DNA from: Mariprofundales bacterium
Lineage (GTDB): Bacteria > Pseudomonadota > Zetaproteobacteria > Mariprofundales > J009
Length of the DNA stretch: 32,000 nucleotides
Assembly (NCBI GenBank): GCA_030950645.1
Contig: JAUZRF010000014.1
Location: 6,670 to 38,669 of the forward strand
Direction: 5' to 3'
Each line of letters begins with the position of its first letter. Position 1 is the first letter of the stretch. The translations under genes were made by a program, and so were the position numbers. Positions 1 to 8,928 of this stretch are shown piece after piece. Below the pieces are notes generated by a model that saw only the letters and a list, made by a program, of their open reading frames with translations, did no database searches and was not told where the DNA came from.

Positions 1-14
1 TTTATTTGAATAGG

Positions 15-164
15 GTAACTACTCAGCTCACTCTCGGTTTTCCTGATAGCGGCGTTGAAAAATGCGCATTTACAGTAGTAAACTCCGCTTTTTCGCCTTG
101 CTATCAGGAAAACCGGAAGCAATCTGAGTAGTTACAGCCATTTTTGGGTAGGGTGCTGAATAGG
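15..164 (+). repeat. GTAAC-family MITE copy A (palindromic core plus tail, right terminus degenerate)
   Basis: GTAACTACTCAGCTCACTCTCGGTTTTCCTGATAGCGGCG...GCTATCAGGAAAACCGGAAGCAATCTGAGTAGTTAC plus tail AGCCATTTTTGGGTAGGGTGCTGAATAG. Same as copies at 4604, 5686, 9823 and 28405. TGAATAGG occurs at 7-14 and 157-164. Confidence 0.85.
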
Positions 165-192
165 TAACTATTTAGATCGCTTCCGGTTTTCT
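164..192. repeat. Remnant of the same family (one end only)
   Basis: GTAACTATTTAGATCGCTTCCGGTTTTC resembles the rc of the core right end, GTAACTGCTCAGATCGCTTCCGGTTTTTC. Confidence 0.6.
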
Positions 193-238
193 CGATGGTG
201 GTGTTTTGTAAGAGGCTTAAGCGCAAGGAGTTTTTCGG

Positions 239-679
239 ATGATACAACAGATTACCGATGCGATGAAACAGGCAATGAAAGCGGGCGACAAGCCGCGATT
301 GTCGGCGATCCGTATGTTTCGCGCTGCGCTCAAAGATAGGGAGATTGCTATTGGTCACGCCCTGACGGACGAGGATGTGGTGGCGGTGGGAACGCGCTTG
401 GTGAAGCAGCGGAAAGATGCCGCTGTTCAGTATCAGAAAGCTGAGCGTGAGGATTTGGCTGCGGGGGAGTTGTTTGAGGTTGGCGTGATTTCGCAGTGGT
501 TGCCGCAGGCGATGGCGGATACTGAGGTCGCGCAAGCGGTGGTGGCGGCTTGTGGTGCGCTATCTGCTACCTCAATGCGCGATATGGGCAAGGTGATGGG
601 GGTGCTGCAAAAGCAGTTGGCAGGCCGCGCGGATATGACGCGGGTCTCGGCGCTGGTGAAGGAACATCTCGCCGGATAA
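239..679 (+). CDS. yqeY: GatB/YqeY domain protein
   Basis: MIQQITDAMKQAMKAGDKPRLSAIRM...RDMGKVMGVL; characteristic YqeY motifs; upstream of dnaG-rpoD. Confidence 0.88.
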   Translation: MIQQITDAMKQAMKAGDKPRLSAIRMFRAALKDREIAIGHALTDEDVVAVGTRLVKQRKDAAVQYQKAEREDLAAGELFEVGVISQWLPQAMADTEVAQAVVAACGALSATSMRDMGKVMGVLQKQLAGRADMTRVSALVKEHLAG

Positions 680-685
680 TTCTCT

Positions 686-2455
686 GTGGCATTTTTTGAG
701 CAACCCTTCATTGAGTCGGTACTCAATCGTACCGATCTGGTGGAGATGGTCTCCCGTCAGGTGCATCTCAAGCGGGTAGGGGCCAATATGGTGGGGCTTT
801 GTCCGTTTCATCATGAGAAAACACCATCCTTCTCGGTATCGCCGGATAAGCAGATGTTTTACTGCTTTGGCTGTGGCAAAGGAGGCAATGCCTTTCGCTT
901 TGCGATGGAGAACGACGGTTACTCGTTTCCTGAAGCCGTGGAGGTGTTGGCTGGTCGCGCTGGGATGGAGCTGCCCGAACGGGCGCAGGAGAAGCCGGGT
1001 GAGCGCGATCGCCGTCAGCGGCGACTAGCGATGCTGCAGCAGGCGGTGGCGTTGTTTCAACAGGCGTTGCGTGACCATGCCCCAGCGCGGGCGTATCTGG
1101 AGTATCGTGCGCTATCGCCATCAACGATTGCGCGTTATGCCCTGGGCTATGCCCCTGATGGGTTTGGATTTTTTCGTGAACAGCTTGCTGGCAGTGGCGA
1201 CACCCAGCGGTTGCTGGTGGATGTTGGTCTGATCAGTGATGCCTCGCATGGCGGCGGTGATCGCTTTCGTGATCGGGTGATTTTCCCGATTCGGGATCGG
1301 CGTGGTCAGGTGGTCGGCTTTGGCGGTCGGGTGTTGGGCGAAGGAGGGCCGAAGTATCTGAACTCTTCTGAGACCTCGCTGTTTCATAAATCCTCGCTGC
1401 TCTACGGTTATTCAGAACACCGCGAGTCGATCCGTAAGGAACGCCGACTGATTGTGGTTGAGGGCTATATGGATGTGCTGGCGCTGGCCAACCATGGATT
1501 GACACAAGGGGTGGCGCCACTGGGTACGGCGATCGGCGAACAGCAGCTTCGTGATATTCTGCGGTTGCACTCTGCACCGCTGTTCTGTTTTGATGGTGAC
1601 GATGCTGGGCGCAAGGCCGCGTGGCGTGCACTGGAGCGCATGTTGCCATTGATTAACGCTGAACATGCTCCCTCGTTTCTTTTTCTTCCTCAAGGTGAAG
1701 ATCCTGATTCGCTATTGCAACATGAGGGTGCAGAGGGGTTGCTCAAGCGTATTGGCAGCGAATCGTTGAGCGCGTTGCAGAGCTGGATTGCTGGGTTGCG
1801 TCAAGAAGCAGGCTCTGGTGCGGAGGCGCGTGCGCGGATGGCTAAACACGCCCATGAGATGCTCGCTACCATGGCAGATCGCTATCTGGCGCAGGCGTGG
1901 CAACAGGAGGCAGAACAGGCGGCGGGAATCTCTATTTCACCGCATCGGGGGCGAAATGGCGTGCCGAATCGTGGCGCATCTGGGCGGAAACACCGTTCTC
2001 CGAAATACCGAGTCGCTGAGCAGTTTATCAAAGGGTTATTGCAGAATCCGGATCGTATTTTGCACTTGGAGGGCTCGGATGGCGCGCTTTTTCTTGACAA
2101 TGATACCCTGCAATCGTTATACACGCGCGCTTTTTCGATTCGAGGCCATTATCAAAATGCTCCCGCCGGTATTATTCGCGAGCTGGGCGCGGCCTTCCCC
2201 GAATCGGTAGCGCTTTCCCGCTGGGCGATGGTGCCGGAGCAAGATCCGGACGCTGGCGATGCGACTGTCGAAGCACGATCGAGCACGGTCACGGAAGTGA
2301 TCAATGATGTTACCTATCAAGCGATTTTGGCAACCTTGCGCATGGAGCAAATTCAACGGCACCTGCGTAGTGGCTCACTGTCGCTGGATGAGAGCATCGT
2401 TTTGCAACAGAAGTTGCGGCAGTTAAGCCAGCAGCGAAAAACAGAACAGAAATAA
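686..2455 (+). CDS. dnaG: DNA primase DnaG (GTG start)
   Basis: CHC2 zinc finger (CPFHHEKTPSFSVSPDKQMFYCFGCGKGGNAFRF) and Toprim motifs (VVEGYMDVLAL, LFCFDGDDAGRKA). Confidence 0.97.
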   Translation: MAFFEQPFIESVLNRTDLVEMVSRQVHLKRVGANMVGLCPFHHEKTPSFSVSPDKQMFYCFGCGKGGNAFRFAMENDGYSFPEAVEVLAGRAGMELPERAQEKPGERDRRQRRLAMLQQAVALFQQALRDHAPARAYLEYRALSPSTIARYALGYAPDGFGFFREQLAGSGDTQRLLVDVGLISDASHGGGDRFRDRVIFPIRDRRGQVVGFGGRVLGEGGPKYLNSSETSLFHKSSLLYGYSEHRESIRKERRLIVVEGYMDVLALANHGLTQGVAPLGTAIGEQQLRDILRLHSAPLFCFDGDDAGRKAAWRALERMLPLINAEHAPSFLFLPQGEDPDSLLQHEGAEGLLKRIGSESLSALQSWIAGLRQEAGSGAEARARMAKHAHEMLATMADRYLAQAWQQEAEQAAGISISPHRGRNGVPNRGASGRKHRSPKYRVAEQFIKGLLQNPDRILHLEGSDGALFLDNDTLQSLYTRAFSIRGHYQNAPAGIIRELGAAFPESVALSRWAMVPEQDPDAGDATVEARSSTVTEVINDVTYQAILATLRMEQIQRHLRSGSLSLDESIVLQQKLRQLSQQRKTEQK

Positions 2456-2511
2456 TCGGCCGCATGTTGGGTCGAGTAACGAATTCGTAACAGAAGGAAC
2501 TCTTTTATATT

Positions 2512-4578
2512 ATGAGTAATACCATTATGGAACAGCTGCGGGTTAAGCAACTGGGCAGTTTGATCGCCAAGGGTAAGGAGACGGGCTTCATTACCTATGA
2601 CGATCTCAACACGCATCTGCCGGAAGGGCTGGTGTCGCCAGGTCGGGTTGAGGAGGTGATTAACCTCTTTACTGAGATGGGTATTGATGTGGTTGATCCT
2701 GACCGTGCGCCTAGCGGTGCCGGTGCGATGCGTAAGGATCGGCTGCGCAAGGAGGATTCGGCGTTGCGGGCGGATACCACCACCCTGGGCACGGTCATTC
2801 GTATTGATGACCCGGTGCGGATGTACCTGCGTGAAATGGGTACGGTGGAGTTGCTCACCCGCGAGGGTGAGATTGAGATTGCGCGCCGCATTGAGGAGGG
2901 CAAGCTCCAGGTGCATGAGGCGATTTGTCTTTGCCCGGCGACCTTTCGTGAAATTATCGCTTTGGGTGAGCGGGTGATTGCGATTCGCAAAGCGGCAGAT
3001 GAGTTGGGCGAAGAGCCGAACTTTCGTGATCTGCTTGAGGTGAATGAGAAGGTGGTGAATGCTGCCGCGATTGATGAGTACGAGAATCGGATGAGCAAGG
3101 CCGATGAGGGGGATGATGATCCGGGCGAAAAAGAGACGCTGGATCAGGCGCAGCTTGATGCTGCGATCAAGGCGCGTACTGCGACTCCCGATGGAACACC
3201 GATGTTGGAGAAGGTGATTACCATGGAGGAGCAGCTCGATGCTGCGCTGGAGCACTTTACTGAGGCGCGGACACTTCATGAGGTGTTTATTGGCTTGGAT
3301 GCGCGTGCTAAGCGGCGGCCACGAGACAAGAAACTGGCTGCGGAACGGCAGCGGACTCTTGACGCTATGTTGGATAACATGTTGAAAATCCCGTTTTCCC
3401 CTAAGCAGTTTAACCGTTTGATTTTGCGCTTTAAGAATGCCGTTTCTCGGGTGTTGAAATTTGAGCGCGAGATTCGCGATCTTGCGCTGACTGCGGGCGT
3501 GCCGCGTAAGTTGTTTATTGAGTCCTTCCTCCCGCAGGAATCCGATGAGCGTTGGGTTGACGGTCTGGTAGCGAATCATGCGGATGCCAGTTGGGTGGCA
3601 CCGTTGCAGGAGGTTGATTACCGCATTAAAGAGCATCAGCGCCGCTTGCGCCGGGTGGAGCAAGAGAGTGAACTTAAACTCACGGAGCTTAAAGAGGTGG
3701 CACGCCGTTTGACCATGGGTGAGGCGAAAATGCGTCAAGCTAAGCGTGAGATGATCGAGGCCAATCTGCGCTTGGTGATCTCAATCGCCAAGAAATATAC
3801 CAACCGTGGTCTGGGCTTTCTCGATCTGATTCAGGAGGGGAATATTGGTCTGATGAAGGCGGTGGAGAAATTTGAGTGGCGACGCGGCTATAAATTCTCT
3901 ACCTACGCTACATGGTGGATTCGGCAGGCGATTACTCGCTCGATTGCAGACCAAGCCCGTACCATTCGGATTCCGGTTCATATGATTGAGACCATCAATA
4001 AAATCAATCGTGTATCACGCCGTATCGCGCAAGAGACCGGTACTGAGCCTTCATTGGCCGAGTTGGCCATTCATCTGGAGATGACAGCAGAGAAGATTGA
4101 ACAGATTCTCGAGGTGGCCAAGGATCCAGTATCGCTGGAGACCCCTGTGGGTGATGAGGAAGATTCTCAGCTAGGCGATTTTGTCGAGGATGTGAAAGCG
4201 ATCAACCCGCTTGATGGAGCTGTGTCTGGAGCCTTGAAATGTGCCACCTTGGGCGTGCTTGATGGGCTGACCTCACGAGAGGAGAAGGTGCTGAGGATGC
4301 GTTTTGGCATCGGTATGAACACGGACCATACCTTGGAAGAGGTGGGTAAACAGTTTGGCGTCACCCGTGAGCGGATTCGTCAGATTGAGGCGAAGGCGCT
4401 GCGTAAGCTGAGGCACCCCTCGCGTTCGCAAGAGCTCAAAACCTTTTCTGATCTGATTGAGCCGACCGCAGGTGTAACGCCAGCAGAGGATGGCGATGCC
4501 TTAGGGAATGTGGTCGGGAATGCAGCCGGGAATGCGGTGGCTACGCGTGCAACTGGGGTCCAGCCTAAACCTGCCTAA
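2512..4578 (+). CDS. rpoD: RNA polymerase primary sigma factor (sigma-70)
   Basis: Region 2 ([44 protein letters not shown]) and region 4 ([30 protein letters not shown]). Confidence 0.97.
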   Translation: MSNTIMEQLRVKQLGSLIAKGKETGFITYDDLNTHLPEGLVSPGRVEEVINLFTEMGIDVVDPDRAPSGAGAMRKDRLRKEDSALRADTTTLGTVIRIDDPVRMYLREMGTVELLTREGEIEIARRIEEGKLQVHEAICLCPATFREIIALGERVIAIRKAADELGEEPNFRDLLEVNEKVVNAAAIDEYENRMSKADEGDDDPGEKETLDQAQLDAAIKARTATPDGTPMLEKVITMEEQLDAALEHFTEARTLHEVFIGLDARAKRRPRDKKLAAERQRTLDAMLDNMLKIPFSPKQFNRLILRFKNAVSRVLKFEREIRDLALTAGVPRKLFIESFLPQESDERWVDGLVANHADASWVAPLQEVDYRIKEHQRRLRRVEQESELKLTELKEVARRLTMGEAKMRQAKREMIEANLRLVISIAKKYTNRGLGFLDLIQEGNIGLMKAVEKFEWRRGYKFSTYATWWIRQAITRSIADQARTIRIPVHMIETINKINRVSRRIAQETGTEPSLAELAIHLEMTAEKIEQILEVAKDPVSLETPVGDEEDSQLGDFVEDVKAINPLDGAVSGALKCATLGVLDGLTSREEKVLRMRFGIGMNTDHTLEEVGKQFGVTRERIRQIEAKALRKLRHPSRSQELKTFSDLIEPTAGVTPAEDGDALGNVVGNAAGNAVATRATGVQPKPA

Positions 4579-4603
4579 TGGCTAAGCCCTCGATTTGTCG
4601 TTC

Positions 4604-4755
4604 GTAACTACTCAGCCCACTCCCGGTTTTCCTGCTAGCGGCGTTGAAAAATGCTCATTTACAGTAGTAAACTCCGCTTTTTCGCCTTGCTATCAGAAAA
4701 GCCGGAAGCGATCTGAGCAGTTACGGGATGTTTTCAATGGGTGCTGAGTAGTTAC
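4604..4755 (+). repeat. GTAAC-family MITE copy B, 152 bp, perfect 8-bp TSD
   Basis: TGTCGTTC (4596-4603) | GTAACTACTCAGC...GCTGAGTAGTTAC | TGTCGTTC (4756-4763). Tail variant GGGATGTTTTCAATGGGTGCTGAG. Confidence 0.95.
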
Positions 4756-4802
4756 TGTCGTTCCATTGATGCCTCGCCAGAAGCCATCAATGCGCCTGCG
4801 CG

Positions 4803-5660
4803 TTACCCTGCGGCTACCGGTATGTTGACGCTGGCTTGCCGTGGGAGTTGTTCAAGTTGTTGCATCATGGCTTCGGCAATGGCGCGGTAGTTGGCGGCTT
4901 GCGGGCTGTCGGGATCGGTCACGGTGATGGGGGTTCCTAAGTCCGAGAGCAGACGGATGCGTGGATCTAGCGGTACGCCACCGAGCAGTGGAAGGTTCTG
5001 TTTTTTCGCCAGCTCGCGGGCGCCGTCGTGGGAAAAGAGGTCGCTGGCTCCGCCACAATGCGGGCAGACAAACTCGCGCATATTTTCAATCACCCCTAAG
5101 CAGGGGACGCTTACGGTGCGGAACATGGTGATCGCTTTGCGGCAGTCAATCAACGCCACCTCTTGCGGCGTGGTCACGATGACCGCACCGGATATGGGCG
5201 CCTGCTGTGCCAGCGTCAGATGGATATCGCCAGTGCCGGGGGGGAGATCAAGCAACAGGATGTCGATCTCATCCTCGGGATGGCGTTGCCAGCGCACATC
5301 GCGCAATAGCTGCATCACAGTGCCAGAGGCCATTGGCCCGCGCCAGATCATCGCTTGGTCTTCATTGACGAGGTAGCCGATGGAGATGGTGCGTACGCCA
5401 TAGTTATCGATGGGAAACAGGGTTTTACCTTCCACCTCAGGCTCGCGGTCAGCAAGCCCCATCATGAGCGGGATTGAGGGACCATAGATATCGGCATCGA
5501 CCAACGCCACCCGTAGGCCGCTCGCGGCTAACGCAACGGCAAGGTTGACCGTGGTGGTGGATTTGCCAACACCGCCTTTGCCTGAGGCGATGGCGATGAT
5601 ATTTCGCACGCCGGGGATGGGCGTTTTGCCAGCGGGAATGTGAGATGAAGGGGGGGGCAT
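4803..5660 (-). CDS. apbC: Mrp/ApbC (NBP35-like) Fe-S carrier P-loop ATPase
   Basis: IAIASGKGGVGKSTTTVNLAVALA deviant Walker A, VDADIYGPSIPLMMG, CxxC motif (FVCPHCGG). Confidence 0.93.
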   Translation of the reverse strand: MPPPSSHIPAGKTPIPGVRNIIAIASGKGGVGKSTTTVNLAVALAASGLRVALVDADIYGPSIPLMMGLADREPEVEGKTLFPIDNYGVRTISIGYLVNEDQAMIWRGPMASGTVMQLLRDVRWQRHPEDEIDILLLDLPPGTGDIHLTLAQQAPISGAVIVTTPQEVALIDCRKAITMFRTVSVPCLGVIENMREFVCPHCGGASDLFSHDGARELAKKQNLPLLGGVPLDPRIRLLSDLGTPITVTDPDSPQAANYRAIAEAMMQQLEQLPRQASVNIPVAAG

Positions 5661-5685
5661 AGGGACTCCTTAGGATTCTTGTGCT

Positions 5686-5838
5686 GTAACTACTCATCTC
5701 ACTCTCGGTTTTCCTGATAACGGCGTTGAAAAATGCGCATTTACAGTAGTAAACTCCGCTTTTTCGCCTTGCTATCAGGAAAACCGGAAGCAATCTGAGC
5801 AGTTACCGCCATTTTTGGGTAGGGTGCTGAGTAGTTAT
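5686..5838 (+). repeat. GTAAC-family MITE copy C, 153 bp, no clear TSD
   Basis: GTAACTACTCATCTCACTCTCGG...CAATCTGAGCAGTTACCGCCATTTTTGGGTAGGGTGCTGAGTAGTTAT. Confidence 0.93.
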
Positions 5839-5861
5839 TATGTTTGTAAGGAGAGCGTAGA

Positions 5862-6227
5862 TTGAATACTGACCCGCAACAGCGGCTGCAAGCGTTGACT
5901 GATCAACTGGTGACAGCCCTTGAAGACAAGAAAGCTGCCGAAATTCTCACGATCGATGTGCAGGGTCGCTGCTCTTTTTCTGACCGTTTTGTCCTCGCCA
6001 ATGCGCGCAATGGTCGCCATCTGAAGGCGCTGTCTCAAGCGGTGGCTGGAGTGGGGCATCAGTTTGATCTGCCTGCCACGGTGGAGGGCATGACTGCACT
6101 GGAGTGGCTGGTGGTGGATCTGCAAGATGTGATCGTTCACCTGTTTTTACCAGATATTCGCGAGCAATTTCAACTGGAACGGTTGTGGCAACAACCCACC
6201 ATGTCGGGGAATGATCCCAGCGAGTGA
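5862..6227 (+). CDS. rsfS: Ribosomal silencing factor RsfS (TTG start)
   Basis: ILTIDVQGRCSFSDRFVLANARNGRHLKAL... and EWLVVDLQDVIVHLFLPDIREQFQLERLW; immediately upstream of rlmH. Confidence 0.93.
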   Translation: MNTDPQQRLQALTDQLVTALEDKKAAEILTIDVQGRCSFSDRFVLANARNGRHLKALSQAVAGVGHQFDLPATVEGMTALEWLVVDLQDVIVHLFLPDIREQFQLERLWQQPTMSGNDPSE

Positions 6228-6676
6228 AGCAACGCTTGCTGGTGGTTGGGCGCGGCGATTCGGAGTTGGCTGACTATGAAAAGCGTTTTATGCACCGTAT
6301 CTGCTCCTTTACCCCATTTGAGGTGATTGAGTTGCAGGCAGGGAAAGAGAAACGCATCGAACAGCGTCGCCAGCAGGAGGGGGTTCGTATTCGCAAACGG
6401 TGTCAGGAGCGTACTATGGTGCTGTTTGATGAGCGGGGGCGGCGAATGACCAGCCAGCATTGGGCGAGCTTTCTAAGGGATCAACCCGGCAGTGCAGAGA
6501 TTGATTATGTGATCGGCGGAGCCGGCGGCGTGGAGGATAATCTGCGAAATTCGGCGGCCCAGTGTTGGCAGCTCTCAGCCCTAACGCTTCCCCACCAGTT
6601 GGTACGCACTTTGGTGCTGGAGCAGCTCTATCGCGCGCAGACGATTCTTGCTGGGCACCCCTACCATCGCGAATAA
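6224..6676 (+). CDS. rlmH: 23S rRNA (pseudouridine1915-N3)-methyltransferase RlmH
   Basis: FLRDQPGSAEIDYVIGGAGGVEDNLRNSA and C-terminal LVRTLVLEQLYRAQTILAGHPYHRE; overlaps the rsfS stop. Confidence 0.93.
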   Translation: MKQRLLVVGRGDSELADYEKRFMHRICSFTPFEVIELQAGKEKRIEQRRQQEGVRIRKRCQERTMVLFDERGRRMTSQHWASFLRDQPGSAEIDYVIGGAGGVEDNLRNSAAQCWQLSALTLPHQLVRTLVLEQLYRAQTILAGHPYHRE

Positions 6677-6722
6677 TTTGTTGTGATTGCTTAGGGTAAT
6701 TTGAGCAGGAGTGTTTTTCTGA

Positions 6723-6757
6723 AGTAACACCCTACTGAAAAGTCAGGAGTGAGCAGA
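6723..6757. repeat. Possible highly degenerate remnant of the GTAAC family
   Basis: GTAACACCCTACTGAAA...CAGGAGTGAGCAGAGTA resembles a tail end fused to the rc of the left end (GGAGTGAGCTGAGTAGTTA). Confidence 0.3.
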
Positions 6758-6775
6758 GTAAATATTAATAGGAGG

Positions 6776-6817
6776 GTGACTACTCAGCGCCCTACCAGAA
6801 GCAATCTGAGCAGTTAC
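6776..6817. repeat. GTAAC-family minimal derivative D, 42 bp, perfect 8-bp TSD
   Basis: ATAGGAGG (6768-6775) | GTGACTACTCAGCGCCCTACCAGAAGCAATCTGAGCAGTTAC | ATAGGAGG (6818-6825). Confidence 0.9.
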
Positions 6818-6834
6818 ATAGGAGGTATGGTAAT

Positions 6835-7386
6835 ATGGGATTAGTAGCATCAATTCATGTGGATTTGGGCTGGAAGTTGCCCGCAGTGACGCTGACAGAT
6901 CTGAATGCGAAGCCGGTGGATCTGAAGCCGCAGCTGGGTGAGAACGGGTTGTTGGTTGCCTTTACCTGCAACCACTGTCCGTATGCGATAGCGGTGTGGC
7001 CTAGGCTTATTCGTCACGCAGCAACCTTGCGCAGCATGGGTATCAACACGGTGGCGATTAACCCCAATATTCACCCAGATTTCCCGCAAGACTCGGTGGC
7101 GGCGATGGCGGATAAGGTGCGCGAGTGGAACATCGATTTTCCCTATCTGGCTGACACTTCCCAAGATGTAGCACGCCAATTTGATGCGCAGTGTACTCCG
7201 GATCTCTACCTATTCGATGGCAGTGGTGCGCTCTATTACCATGGTCGTATTGACGACTACTGGAAGGATGAGGCCAAAGTGACGCAACAGGAGCTGTTGC
7301 CGGCTGCGAAGGCGATGGTGAATGGTTCTCCGGCTCCGCAGCCACAGCACCCTACGATTGGTTGTTCCATCAAGTGGCAAGGGTGA
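6835..7386 (+). CDS. Thioredoxin-family protein (AhpC/TSA-redoxin-like)
   Basis: LVAFTCNHCPYAIAVWPRLIRHAATLRSMGINTVAINPN..., YLADTSQDVARQFDAQCTPDLYLFDGSGALYYHGRIDD; RBS AGGAGG at 6820. Confidence 0.85.
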   Translation: MGLVASIHVDLGWKLPAVTLTDLNAKPVDLKPQLGENGLLVAFTCNHCPYAIAVWPRLIRHAATLRSMGINTVAINPNIHPDFPQDSVAAMADKVREWNIDFPYLADTSQDVARQFDAQCTPDLYLFDGSGALYYHGRIDDYWKDEAKVTQQELLPAAKAMVNGSPAPQPQHPTIGCSIKWQG

Positions 7387-7416
7387 TCGATCGCTGAACC
7401 GGCTGTAGGCCAAGCC

Positions 7417-7437
7417 TGTGGATAACTCTGTGGATAA
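7417..7437. promoter_or_regulatory. Two perfect DnaA boxes in an AT-rich convergent intergenic region
   Basis: TGTGGATAA at 7417-7425 and 7429-7437 (rc TTATCCACA); near-match AGTGGATAA at 7609-7617. Confidence 0.6.
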
Positions 7438-7646
7438 AGGGATGCTTGGACAAGGTAAAATTGGGTTTTTTGTCACATAAGACAGTGTGAAGTTATTTTA
7501 ATCACAACTGTATTATCCATTGAATACAGTTTGATATATCGATCTATTGATGAAATATATCACTGATCATGCTAAATACGCATTCTTTATTTATCCTGTT
7601 TTACGATCAGTGGATAACATACTGGAATCCCGTGGACTTGGGGATG

Positions 7647-8924
7647 TCAGGAGTGTTCTAAAATACGCGCGGCGGCGCGTTGTCCACGCATCACAGCGAG
7701 CTCTAAGGTGGCGGGAAGCTCCCCCGGCTTGGGCTGTTCTGCACCATCAATGATTCCGTGCGGCATCGGATGATTGTTGTGGCGGCGTACTAGGTGGGTG
7801 GCATGCGCCATTCGAACCAATCGGGCATGGGTCGGCGGCGCGTTGTCGTTTGCGATGGTCGCGAGTTCGTCGAGAAGTTGGGGTTGAACGGACTCTCTAC
7901 GGGGATTATTTTCTGCGCTCATGATGATGCAGTAGTGGTGCCATTTTGCCATGCCGTTCCCATTCATCATGCCATTCACATCGATAAACCACTGCCCCTG
8001 AGTTCCGATACCACCAACGAGGGGGTAGGGGAGGGTAAGTGGATGGTCAAACCAAAGGTGCAGATTGCTGATCACTCCGGTATCGGTAGCAGTGGGCGTC
8101 CGATTGAGTAGTCGATCGCGTACCGATGGGGCAACGGCGAGAATTAACTGGGAGCAGGGGGCGAGGGTCTTCCCTAAACGGTCAATCAGAAGCCAGTGAT
8201 CATGGTTTCGCTCCAGGCGTTGAATGCAGCAGCGTGGTTGAAGAATTACCCCGCACTGTTTGGCATAGTGAAGCAGCGGCTGGATCAGCGCATCGCATAG
8301 GGGGCGGGTAAACCATCCTAGGCGAGCACTATGCTGGTTGGTAAAGGCTTGGGATAATACCTGGCTGAAGCTGGCTGCATTGGCCGTGGCTATCGCCTCA
8401 TTCATACTGCCGAGGCAGAGCGGCTCGATGAGATCGCGGATCAGCGTGTGGGGAATGTTTAGCATGGCGAGCCATTGCAGCGCGGTTTGATCTGTATCTG
8501 CGGGTGGCTGGCTGGCTAAGCGCACCAAGGCGAATGCTGATTGTAGATTGTGGCCGGGGAGTTGGCCAATTGCTAGTGGCATCGCCAAGGGAAGTGGCAG
8601 TCGCCGTGAAGGGGCGAGGCGGAAATGGCCGCGATCTGCACTCCACAGCGCCAGGGTGAGCGATGGCTGCCAGTGGATGGCGTTGCTATTCCCTGCGCGT
8701 GCCAATAGTCCGAGGAGATGGTGGTAACAGCCCATAACTAGGTGGGGGCCGTGGTCAACCCACTGTGCTGCGGTTGGCTCAAAGAAAGAGTTCGCTCTAC
8801 CACCCAGGGTGGGGGCGGCGTCGAACAAGGTGCAGGGCATGCCTGCCTCGGCGAGGTGGATTGCGGCACTGATTCCTGCCAATCCGCCGCCGACGATTGC
8901 GATCGGGAGGGCTTTTGCGTTCAG
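7647..8924 (-). CDS. hpnE: Hydroxysqualene dehydroxylase HpnE (FAD amine-oxidase family); start uncertain
   Basis: IAIVGGGLAGISAAIHLAEAGMPCTLFDAAPTLGGRANSF dinucleotide-binding motif; adjacent to hpnD. The supplied ORF starts at 8882 inside this motif. Confidence 0.85.
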   Translation of the reverse strand: MNAKALPIAIVGGGLAGISAAIHLAEAGMPCTLFDAAPTLGGRANSFFEPTAAQWVDHGPHLVMGCYHHLLGLLARAGNSNAIHWQPSLTLALWSADRGHFRLAPSRRLPLPLAMPLAIGQLPGHNLQSAFALVRLASQPPADTDQTALQWLAMLNIPHTLIRDLIEPLCLGSMNEAIATANAASFSQVLSQAFTNQHSARLGWFTRPLCDALIQPLLHYAKQCGVILQPRCCIQRLERNHDHWLLIDRLGKTLAPCSQLILAVAPSVRDRLLNRTPTATDTGVISNLHLWFDHPLTLPYPLVGGIGTQGQWFIDVNGMMNGNGMAKWHHYCIIMSAENNPRRESVQPQLLDELATIANDNAPPTHARLVRMAHATHLVRRHNNHPMPHGIIDGAEQPKPGELPATLELAVMRGQRAAARILEHS

Positions 8925-8928
8925 TGGG

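Noticed and set aside
104-535. Minus ORF overlapping the left MITE and yqeY
   Set aside because: Runs through repeat DNA and antisense to yqeY; no domain signature.
7547-7753. Plus-strand 68-aa ORF at the hpnE 3' end
   Set aside because: Spans the AT-rich spacer and then antisense hpnE; no RBS or recognised motif.
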